Of a DNA stretch of 64,000 bases, positions 9,341-17,219 are shown in pieces. Under the pieces are notes generated by a model. That model saw nothing but the letters and a program-made list of their open reading frames with translations, searched no databases and was not told the DNA's origin. The translations under genes and the position numbers were made by a program. Each line of letters begins with the position of its first letter. Positions within the stretch are counted from its first letter, which is position 1. The stretch is from Methylocystis sp. (GTDB taxonomy: Bacteria > Pseudomonadota > Alphaproteobacteria > Rhizobiales > Beijerinckiaceae): NCBI GenBank assembly GCA_036560365.1, contig DATBRI010000085.1, positions 5,300-69,299 on the forward strand, read 5' to 3'.

Positions 9341-10612
9341 ATGACGCATTTTATGTTCAGCACAGGCATAGAAAACAGCAGTCCGACCATCAACAACGGC
9401 CGCACGCGCATCGACGAGATGGAATCGTGCAGGCACTATAAATGCTGGCGCGAAGATTTCGCTCTGGTTCAGGACGAGCTTCGTATCGGGTGCCTGCGAT
9501 ACGGCCCGCCGCTCTACAAGGCCTTTTTGGGGCCAAATCGCTTCGACTGGGAATTCGCCGACCTGACCTTTGGCGAACTCGACGCGCGGGGAATCATCCC
9601 CATCGCCGATCTATGTCATTTCGGGGTGCCGGACTGGATCGGGAATTTCCAAAATCCAGACTTTCCGGAGCTCTTCGCGCGTTACGCGCGGGCCTTTGCC
9701 GAGCGCTATCCATGGGTGCAGCTCTATACGCCCGTCAATGAAATGTTCGTCTGCGCCACCTTCTCCGCCGCCTATGGCTGGTGGAACGAGCAACTGCAAA
9801 GCGACAGGAGTTTCGTGACGGCGCTGAAGCATATCGTCAAAGCCAACGTCCTGGCCATGCATGCCATCCTTACGGTGCGGCCCGACGCGATTTTCGTGCA
9901 AAGCGAGTCGACGGAATATTTTCATGCCGCGAACCCAAAAGCGATCGGTCCCGCGGAGATTTTGAACGAGCGCCGTTTTCTTTCGCTCGATCTCAATTAT
10001 GGGCACAGAGTGAATTCCGAGATGTATCGATTCCTGGCGGACAACGGACTGACCGACCAGGAATATGATTTCTTCATGAACGAGCACCTTAAGAGCCACT
10101 GCATCATGGGCAACGACTATTACAGCAGGAACGAACACATGGTCGACGCCGAAGGCGAGACCGACTCCTGTGGAGAAATCTTCGGATACAATGAAATCAC
10201 GCGCCAATATTATGACCGTTATGGTCTACCCGTCATGCATACGGAGACAAACACCTGCGAAGGCGCGGACGGTAACCAAGCGGTGTTTTGGCTCCGCAAG
10301 GAATGGGCGAACGTTCTACGCGTGCGCAACAGCGGCGTGCCGATCGTCGGCTTCACCTGGTATTCGCTGACAGATCAGGTGGACTGGGACATCGCGCTGC
10401 GCGAGAAGCGCGGACATGTAAATCCTCTGGGTCTTTACGACCTCGACCGCAACCCGCGTCCTGTCGGGAAGGCATACAAACAGCTCATCGAGGATTGGCG
10501 AGAGGTCTTGCCGGCGCAGAGCGTGTGCCTCACCGTTCCCCTGGCGCGGCGTCCGCGCGCTCATGACTCGAAAACGTCCAATATCAAGGCCGAGCAGTCG
10601 GAACACGCGTGA
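9341..10612 (+). CDS. glycoside hydrolase family 1-like protein
   Basis: The ATG at 9341 is preceded by GGAG. The N-terminus is 'FMFSTGIENSSP'. Acid/base-type 'TPVNEMF' and nucleophile-type 'MHTETNT' glutamates are in GH1-like positions. No signal peptide. Confidence 0.65.
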   Translation: MTHFMFSTGIENSSPTINNGRTRIDEMESCRHYKCWREDFALVQDELRIGCLRYGPPLYKAFLGPNRFDWEFADLTFGELDARGIIPIADLCHFGVPDWIGNFQNPDFPELFARYARAFAERYPWVQLYTPVNEMFVCATFSAAYGWWNEQLQSDRSFVTALKHIVKANVLAMHAILTVRPDAIFVQSESTEYFHAANPKAIGPAEILNERRFLSLDLNYGHRVNSEMYRFLADNGLTDQEYDFFMNEHLKSHCIMGNDYYSRNEHMVDAEGETDSCGEIFGYNEITRQYYDRYGLPVMHTETNTCEGADGNQAVFWLRKEWANVLRVRNSGVPIVGFTWYSLTDQVDWDIALREKRGHVNPLGLYDLDRNPRPVGKAYKQLIEDWREVLPAQSVCLTVPLARRPRAHDSKTSNIKAEQSEHA

Positions 10613-10699
10613 TCCGTCAAGCCGGATCATGCTCGCGGGGTGATTGATTCCGCCGCCGCCCTAATTTCTAAACCTGCTCGACTCTAATCGAGTTAGATC

Positions 10700-11641
10700 A
10701 TGGCGTCGCGCTTTGAACATCTTGAGCGGGTGGAGCTCGTGCATGACGCGGGCGCGATCACCGGCGAAAACCCGACGTGGTCCGAGCGTGAACAGCGCCT
10801 CTATTGGATTGACATCGAAGAGCCTGCCTTACACAGATTCGATCCCAGCTGCGGCGAGGACGAGCGATGGGTCATGCCGTGCCAGATCGGCGCCTTCGCG
10901 CTGTGCAGCAGCGGGGACGTTCTTGTCGCCTTGCGGCTAGGACTTGCAAGAATTTCGCTGTTTGAAGGCAAGTTCGCCTCGCTCAATGCGCTTCCCTACA
11001 ATCCGCTCACGCACCGGTTCAACGAAGGCAAATGCGACGCTCGCGGCCGCTTTTGGATTGGCGCGAAATATGATCCGCTGCAGAGCGCAACCGGCGAACG
11101 CAGCGCAAGCGCCGCCAGCCCTCTCGGCGGCGCGGCGCCAGTCCATTTTCTTGCTCATGGGCAGGCGCTGACTCCGACGGCCGCGAGCGCCGTGATCGCC
11201 AACGGCATGGCTTGGAGCACTGACAATCGCATCATGTATCTTGCCGATACGCCGACGCGCACGGTGACGGCTTTTGATTTCGACCTTGAAAGCGGCGCAC
11301 TATCATCGCCGCGAGTGTTTGCGCATTTCAAGCGATCGGGGGACGGGAAGCCCGACGGCGCGGCGATCGACAGGGACGGCTTCTACTGGTGCGCGCTTTA
11401 TGGCGGCGGGCGTATCGTGCGCATCGCGCCAGATGGCGCCATTGACCGCCAAATTCATCTGCCCGTCAGTCAACCTACGATGTGCGCATTCGGAGACGCA
11501 GATTATCGCTCGCTCTACATCACCTCCGCATCACAAGGCGTTTCGAAGCAACAGGAGCCTCACGCAGGCGGCATTTTTCGCTGCCGTCCGGGCGTCGAAG
11601 GACGTCCGCCCAATCTCTTCGCGGACGAGGCGCCGTCATGA
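10700..11641 (+). CDS. SMP-30/gluconolactonase/LRE family protein
   Basis: 313-aa ORF with 'GENPTWSEREQRLYWIDI', 'NEGKCDARGRFWIG', 'ANGMAWSTDNRIMYLADT' and 'PDGAAIDRDGFYWCA', typical of the six-bladed lactonase fold. Confidence 0.8.
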   Translation: MASRFEHLERVELVHDAGAITGENPTWSEREQRLYWIDIEEPALHRFDPSCGEDERWVMPCQIGAFALCSSGDVLVALRLGLARISLFEGKFASLNALPYNPLTHRFNEGKCDARGRFWIGAKYDPLQSATGERSASAASPLGGAAPVHFLAHGQALTPTAASAVIANGMAWSTDNRIMYLADTPTRTVTAFDFDLESGALSSPRVFAHFKRSGDGKPDGAAIDRDGFYWCALYGGGRIVRIAPDGAIDRQIHLPVSQPTMCAFGDADYRSLYITSASQGVSKQQEPHAGGIFRCRPGVEGRPPNLFADEAPS

Positions 11642-12915
11642 GGCCGTTGTTGCGCGCTCCGCGCCGTGAGAATGGCGCGTCATCGCAAGTGGAGGCGGAC
11701 GCCGCGGCGGCGCGGCTCGACATAAGCCCCGCAACGGTGAAGGGAACGCCGCGCCGCAAGCTCTACGCTGGCCATACTCTCGAGCATGCGCGCACGATCG
11801 ACGATCTCAGGGCGATGGCGCATCGGCGCATGCCGGATTTTGCCCTCGAATATCTCGAAGGCGGCGCGGAAGAAGAGGCGACGCTTTCGCGCAATCTTTC
11901 GGCGCTCGCCAGCTATCGTCTATTGCCTCACGCCTTAGTCGATGTTTCCCGTCGCGATCTGAGCATCTCCCTGTTCGATCGTTCGACACCGCTGCCATTC
12001 GCGATCGCGCCGACTGGCTTGAACGGATTGTTTTGGAGCAAGGCGGATGTGCTCTTGGCCTCGGCCGCGGCAAAGGCTGGCATTCCATTCATCCAAAGCA
12101 GCATGTCCAATGATCCGATGGAGGAAGTCGCCGCAATTCCTGGTCTGCGGCATTGGTGGCAGCTCTATGTCTTCGGCGAGTGCTGGATACGCGACGACCT
12201 GATCGACCGCGCGAACAAAGCGGGCTGCGAGGCGCTCGTCGTAACGATCGATGCGCAATTTTACGGCGATCGGGAATGGGAGGAGCGTCGCTTTGCGCAT
12301 CCCGGAAGGCTCTCGCTGGCTTCGCTCATTGAGGCCACGCTGCATCCGCAGTGGATCGCGACCACTTTGCGGCGCGGGATGCCCTCTTTCGCCAACCTGA
12401 TCGATTACGTACCCGAAGAGCACAGGGGGTTCTTCGACAGCGCCTTCTGGATTCGCGCGAATATGGATCATGCGCTCGACTGGAACGAGATGGCGCGGAT
12501 TCGCACGCTCTGGCCGCGCAAGCTGCTGATCAAAGGCTTGCTCAATGTTCATGACGTAGAGCGCGCCATGGCGATCGGCGCCGACGGCGTCATTCTCTCA
12601 AATCACGGCGGACGCCAATTGGATTGGACGATCTCCGGATTGGACGCGCTGCCGGCGGCGCGCGGCATTATTCGAAAAGGCAAGACGCTGATCGTCGACG
12701 GCGGCATTCGCCGCGGAACGGACGTCGTCAAGGCGCTCGCGCTTGGCGCCGACGCGGTGCTGCTCGGCCGCGCGACGCTTTACGGCTTGTCGGCCGCAGG
12801 CGCGCCGGGCGTCGAACGCGCAATCCAGATTTTGCGCGAGGAAATCGATCGCGATCTCGGCCTGTTGGGGGCCCCTTCCATCACCGCGCTTGGGCCGGAG
12901 TATCTGACCCGTTAG
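11638..12915 (+). CDS. FMN-dependent alpha-hydroxy-acid dehydrogenase/oxidase (LldD/glycolate oxidase family)
   Basis: An in-frame ATG at 11638 overlaps the stop of the lactonase gene (ATGA). Motifs: 'MPDFALEYLEGGAEEE', 'VVTIDAQFYGDRE', 'SNHGGRQLD', 'VDGGIRRGTDVVKALALGADAVLLGR'. Confidence 0.8.
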   Translation: MRPLLRAPRRENGASSQVEADAAAARLDISPATVKGTPRRKLYAGHTLEHARTIDDLRAMAHRRMPDFALEYLEGGAEEEATLSRNLSALASYRLLPHALVDVSRRDLSISLFDRSTPLPFAIAPTGLNGLFWSKADVLLASAAAKAGIPFIQSSMSNDPMEEVAAIPGLRHWWQLYVFGECWIRDDLIDRANKAGCEALVVTIDAQFYGDREWEERRFAHPGRLSLASLIEATLHPQWIATTLRRGMPSFANLIDYVPEEHRGFFDSAFWIRANMDHALDWNEMARIRTLWPRKLLIKGLLNVHDVERAMAIGADGVILSNHGGRQLDWTISGLDALPAARGIIRKGKTLIVDGGIRRGTDVVKALALGADAVLLGRATLYGLSAAGAPGVERAIQILREEIDRDLGLLGAPSITALGPEYLTR

Positions 12916-12950
12916 GCGCAGGACACGCGCAAAGAACACAGGAGCATCCG

Positions 12951-14051
12951 ATGGAAAACGCCACAGCCGCCAGCGAAAGAGACGCTTCGCCGAATGACGC
13001 CCCCGTCGCCATCGTCACCGGCGGGTCTGCGGGCGTCGGCCGCGCCATCGCCGCAGCTTTCGCTCAGCGAGGCTTCCGAGTCGCCCTTCTTGCGCGGGGA
13101 CAAGCGGGTCTTGACGGCGCACGCGATGAAGTCGAGCGGCTTGGCGGCGAGCCCTTCGCGATAATGACCGACGTCGCCAATGCCAAGGAGGTCGATGCCG
13201 CCGCGCGACAGGTCGCCGACCGCTGGGGCAGGATCGACGTTTGGGTGAACGCCGCCATGGAGACCGTGGTCGGGCCTGTCGACACCATATCGCCTGAAGA
13301 GTTCAAGCGCGTGACGGAAGTCACCTATCTCGGATACGTGCATGGGACGCTGGCGGCGCTTCGCCATATGCGCCCACGCGGCGCAGGAACCATCATTCAG
13401 ATCGGGTCCGCGCTCGCTTACCGCGCCATACCGTTGCAGTCCGCCTATTGCGCGTCGAAATTCGCCATTCGCGGCTTTACGGATTCGCTGCGCACCGAAT
13501 TGCTCCACGACCGCAGCGCCATCCGACTGACGATGGTTCAACTGCCGGGCGTCAACACGCCGCAGTTCGATTGGTCGCACATGCACTTCGCGCATCGGCA
13601 CCAGCCAGTCGGCGCCTGCTATGAGCCGGAAGCGGTGGCGCGGGCGGTCGTAAACATTGCGGTCTCGTCTCACCTCCCGCGTGAGCTGTGGCTCGGCTTG
13701 CCGACTCTGCAGGCGATCGCCGGCGCCATCGCGTCCCCCGGCTTCACCGATCGTTACCTTGCGCGCAACTCGTACGAGCAGCAGATTTCGGACGATCCCG
13801 TCTTGCCTGGAGACCCTGACGAACTCATGGGACCGGACAGCAAGGATCATGGCGCGAGAGGCCGCTTCACCGCGACGGCCAAGAACGACCTCATCGCCGT
13901 CGACCCCTACTATCTTCGCAGCGGCGTATTGCTCGCAGGAGTGGGATTGCTTGCGGGAGCATTTCTGTTCGGCCGTTCGCGGGGAAATGCTGAAGCGCGC
14001 GGCTTGCACCGCCGGAACGGCGTTAGAGCTGTCCCGACGCCGCGAGGCTAG
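12951..14051 (+). CDS. SDR family oxidoreductase with C-terminal hydrophobic tail
   Basis: An internal ATG gives 'VAIVTGGSAGVGRAIA' (TGxxxGxG) and the catalytic 'YCASKFA' (YxxxK). The C-terminal segment 'GVLLAGVGLLAGAFLFG' is hydrophobic. The 3' end overlaps the convergent GMC gene by 29 nt. Confidence 0.8.
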   Translation: MENATAASERDASPNDAPVAIVTGGSAGVGRAIAAAFAQRGFRVALLARGQAGLDGARDEVERLGGEPFAIMTDVANAKEVDAAARQVADRWGRIDVWVNAAMETVVGPVDTISPEEFKRVTEVTYLGYVHGTLAALRHMRPRGAGTIIQIGSALAYRAIPLQSAYCASKFAIRGFTDSLRTELLHDRSAIRLTMVQLPGVNTPQFDWSHMHFAHRHQPVGACYEPEAVARAVVNIAVSSHLPRELWLGLPTLQAIAGAIASPGFTDRYLARNSYEQQISDDPVLPGDPDELMGPDSKDHGARGRFTATAKNDLIAVDPYYLRSGVLLAGVGLLAGAFLFGRSRGNAEARGLHRRNGVRAVPTPRG

Positions 14052-15657
14052 CGATGCGGTCAGAAATACTGCAGGCGAGCGCTTGAATCGTCAAAGAGGG
14101 GTTGACGCCGCCGCAGGTTGGAAAAAGCGAGCCGTCGCAGATCCAGAGATTGGGGATATCCCAGCTGCGGCCATCGGCGTCCACGACGCTCGTTCGCGGA
14201 TCGTCGCCCATGCGGCATGTGCCGAGTATATGGCTGGTGTCGCTGTTGGTCCAGATGTCGTAGCCGCCCGCAGCCTCTAGCATCTGGCTCATGAAGCGAA
14301 CCGCATGGCGCTGCAAGCGAAGATCGTTTTCCGAATATGAGAATATGACGCGCGGAATCCGGAGGCCGAACTGATCCGTGTCCTCCGCAAGCTCGACTCG
14401 GTTTTCGCGCCGCGGCTCCGTCTCGGCGACGGGAACGAATCCGGCCGTATGATTGTATTTCTGCATCTCGCGGCGAAGTTCGTCGCCCCACAGGCCGCGC
14501 GAGGTCGCAAGGACTTGCGCCCAGGCCATCGGCAGGGGTCCCTGGCTCATGAAGGCGTAAGCGCCATGAAAATCCTTGCCCTCGTCCGTGTAGTTCCAGT
14601 GTTCGGTGACCGCCATATTGGGCGGCCCCTTGTACCAGCGAATCTCTTCGTCGAATGTCGCCCAGGCGCCAGGCCCCGCGTGCGTGAGTAGATGCGTGCC
14701 GACCAGGCCGGAGCTGTTCGCGAGACCTTGCGGGAACTGCGCGCATGCCGAGTTGAGCAGGAGCCGCGGCGTTTCGATCGCATAGCCGGCGACGACGACG
14801 TTGCGCGCCTTCTGAAAGCGCCACGCGCCTTCCCGAAAATAATCGACGCCGGCGACGCGCCCCTGTTGATCCAGCTCGATGCGCCCCGCCATCGCCAAAT
14901 CGCGCACCTCCGCGCCAGCACAGAGCGCGCGAGGAATCCAGACGATGAGCGCGCTCTGCTTGGCGTTCGTCGAGCAACCGAAATTACAAAAGCCCCTGTA
15001 GACGCAGGGGGGAGATTTGCCGCGCGGAGCCGAAACTGTCGCAAGCGGCGTCGCGGCCCATTTCACGCCGAGCTTCTCCGCGCCGCGCGCGAGCACGAGT
15101 CCCGCGGCGTTCACTTCATGCGGGCGATAGGGATAGCGCCGGCGTGGGGGGCCCCATGGATAGTTCACCGGCCCGGCGACCTTCAGCGCGTCTTCGGCTT
15201 CCGAATAATAGGGTTCGATTTCCTCGTACGAGATCGGCCAGTCGAATCCATAGCCGAGTTGGCTCCGCGACTTGAACCACTCGGGTCGGAACCGAAGCGA
15301 GATCATGCTGAAGTGGATCGTCGAGCCGCCGACGCCACGGCCCGAGTTATTTCCCCCCAGTGCGATCGGATCTTCTCCGCCGGTGATGCGGTCGTCGGTC
15401 CAGTAGAGCGTCTGCTGCGCCAGTTCGTCGGAGGCGAAATCGTCAAGCGGCCGCCAGAACGGTCCGGCGTCGAGCACGACGACCGAGAAACCCTTCTCCG
15501 CGAGCTTGCATGCGAGCGTCGCGCCGCCTGCGCCGGCGCCGACGATCAAGAAATCGACGGGCTCGGATTCAGCGTATTGTCGCATCGGCGTCCAGCCGCC
15601 CGGCGTGAAAACGTCGGGCGCGCGGCCGTCCTTGGCGCGCGGACGGTCGATGTTCAT
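14023..15657 (-). CDS. GMC family FAD-dependent oxidoreductase (dehydrogenase large subunit)
   Basis: Starting at M61 of ORF 14023..15837 gives 'VDFLIVGAGAGGATLACKLAEKG' (FAD GxGxxG) near the N-terminus. The ATG overlaps the stop of the upstream gene (ATGA). The C-terminal 'HILGTCRMG' is a GMC signature region. Confidence 0.85.
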   Translation of the reverse strand: MNIDRPRAKDGRAPDVFTPGGWTPMRQYAESEPVDFLIVGAGAGGATLACKLAEKGFSVVVLDAGPFWRPLDDFASDELAQQTLYWTDDRITGGEDPIALGGNNSGRGVGGSTIHFSMISLRFRPEWFKSRSQLGYGFDWPISYEEIEPYYSEAEDALKVAGPVNYPWGPPRRRYPYRPHEVNAAGLVLARGAEKLGVKWAATPLATVSAPRGKSPPCVYRGFCNFGCSTNAKQSALIVWIPRALCAGAEVRDLAMAGRIELDQQGRVAGVDYFREGAWRFQKARNVVVAGYAIETPRLLLNSACAQFPQGLANSSGLVGTHLLTHAGPGAWATFDEEIRWYKGPPNMAVTEHWNYTDEGKDFHGAYAFMSQGPLPMAWAQVLATSRGLWGDELRREMQKYNHTAGFVPVAETEPRRENRVELAEDTDQFGLRIPRVIFSYSENDLRLQRHAVRFMSQMLEAAGGYDIWTNSDTSHILGTCRMGDDPRTSVVDADGRSWDIPNLWICDGSLFPTCGGVNPSLTIQALACSISDRIASLAASGQL

Positions 15658-16250
15658 GGATATTCCTTCGCTTCCCACGGATCGCGCTGGTTGAAGCCAA
15701 GACGGACATAGCCGCGTGGACTGGCGGGACCGCCAAAGCCCATGTCGCTCCACGCCGACGGATGCGCGTAGGCGAGGCCCGCGATGGTTTTCAGCAGCGT
15801 ATGGGTGAAGAACGTCGATGCGCGCAGACCCCGCCAAAGATCAACGTCGACATCGCCCTTCTGAATTGCGCGCAACGTCGCGTCCCTTCGAGAGGCGTCG
15901 AGCATGGTGAAGCTCACCGCGAACAAGCGGCGAGCCTCCCCGTCAATCGCCGCGAGTCCTTTACGCCAACTCTCGCGCATCGGCGGCTCGCCCGCATATC
16001 GAAAACCTTCGCCGAGGTTGTTGAACAGGCGATCGTCGATCCAATGCGCAATCGCCAAGCGTTCGCTCTCGCTAAAGATGGGCGCCAGACGCTCGATGAT
16101 CGCGGTGAGAAGCTCGAACTCCTCTTTCGTCAGGAAGCGCCGCTGGTGCGTGTCGCGCAGTCGCCGGGTCAGCTCCTCGCGCGTTCGATCGTCGAACGAC
16201 ACCGTGTCCCATTTGGAGAGGACATCATAGCCACGATAGGGCTTATCCAT
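15654..16250 (-). CDS. gluconate 2-dehydrogenase subunit 3 family protein (small subunit), no TAT leader
   Basis: 198-aa ORF immediately upstream of and overlapping the GMC gene. The pattern 'FLTKEEFELLTAIIERLAP' is typical of this small-subunit family. The N-terminus lacks a twin-arginine signal. Confidence 0.65.
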   Translation of the reverse strand: MDKPYRGYDVLSKWDTVSFDDRTREELTRRLRDTHQRRFLTKEEFELLTAIIERLAPIFSESERLAIAHWIDDRLFNNLGEGFRYAGEPPMRESWRKGLAAIDGEARRLFAVSFTMLDASRRDATLRAIQKGDVDVDLWRGLRASTFFTHTLLKTIAGLAYAHPSAWSDMGFGGPASPRGYVRLGFNQRDPWEAKEYP

Positions 16251-16274
16251 GCTTCGACCTTTGCGACGCTAGCG

Positions 16275-17219
16275 TCAGGCGCCGCCTTCTTCCAAAAGCG
16301 ATAACGCTGTGAGCGCGGAAAGAGAGAGCGCGGAAAAGGCAGGCGGCGCCGGCAAGGGCGGTCCGTCGATGACGTTCTGGCTCCAGTTGCGCCAGCCGCC
16401 CATCGCGCGCGAAACGCCATAGGCGTGAAACCCGACGCCAACGAAGCCCGCGATCGCGGTGACCCACAGCCAGGCGCGCGTCAACGGATGGCTCGGCTGG
16501 GGTGGACGCTCGGTAGAGGCCTTTGCCATGAGCGCCGACGCCACCGGCGGCAGCGTCACCGGAATCCACATGAAGGGATTATGGAAGGCGCCCCTGAAGT
16601 GCAGAAGCGCCGCCTCCGCGACTGTTCCGGCAAGCGCAAGGCTAGTGAGCGCTGCAAGCACGCGACCCGCGGGAAGGCCAAGAAGCCGCGTCGCGCCGAC
16701 GCCGATGCGCTCCGCGCAAAGGCCGAGGACGCCCGCGACGGAAAGCGCCGCCGGCGCGCCGAGCGGCGCGCCATAGAAGAGATTCATCCAGCTCAGCCCG
16801 CCCGGTCGCCGAAACACGTCGTAGACGTGAAACCCGGCGCCAATCGCGCCAACCGCGACGGCCATGGCGAAGGAGCTTTTTCGAAAGGCGCGCGCCCGCG
16901 CCGCGCCGGACGTCGCGCCTTCAACGCCGGCAAGTAGCGTCAGCGCCGAGCTGATCAAAGGCGCGAACATGCCCGGATTTTCAAAAGATCCTCGATAGTG
17001 TTCGACGGCGCTGTCGAGGAGGACGGAGGCGGCAAGCATTCCCGCCGAACCTTCAAGCGCGCGCGCGCTCCCCGTCAAGGCTCGCGACCGGCAAGACTTC
17101 GCTGCAGACGCGCGACGCTTCGAGGCGACGCGCACGAGGCGCGCTCCTTGCGCGCAGACCACTCCCAAAACGAATGCGCCGGCGACCTTCGGCGTCGCCG
17201 CGCGCAGCTGCGAAGTCAT
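16275..17219 (-). CDS. hypothetical integral membrane protein with internal two-fold repeat
   Basis: 314-aa ORF whose start overlaps the stop of the TPP gene (ATGA). It has 6-8 helices. Repeated motifs: 'EHYRGSFENPGMF' / 'LHFRGAFHNPFMW' and 'GAGFHVYDVFRRPGG' / 'GVGFHAYGVSRAMGG'. Confidence 0.6.
   Translation of the reverse strand: MTSQLRAATPKVAGAFVLGVVCAQGARLVRVASKRRASAAKSCRSRALTGSARALEGSAGMLAASVLLDSAVEHYRGSFENPGMFAPLISSALTLLAGVEGATSGAARARAFRKSSFAMAVAVGAIGAGFHVYDVFRRPGGLSWMNLFYGAPLGAPAALSVAGVLGLCAERIGVGATRLLGLPAGRVLAALTSLALAGTVAEAALLHFRGAFHNPFMWIPVTLPPVASALMAKASTERPPQPSHPLTRAWLWVTAIAGFVGVGFHAYGVSRAMGGWRNWSQNVIDGPPLPAPPAFSALSLSALTALSLLEEGGA

Noticed and set aside
12912-14009. 365-aa ORF on the minus strand
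   Set aside because: It is antisense to the SDR gene, which has clear TGxxxGxG and YxxxK motifs.
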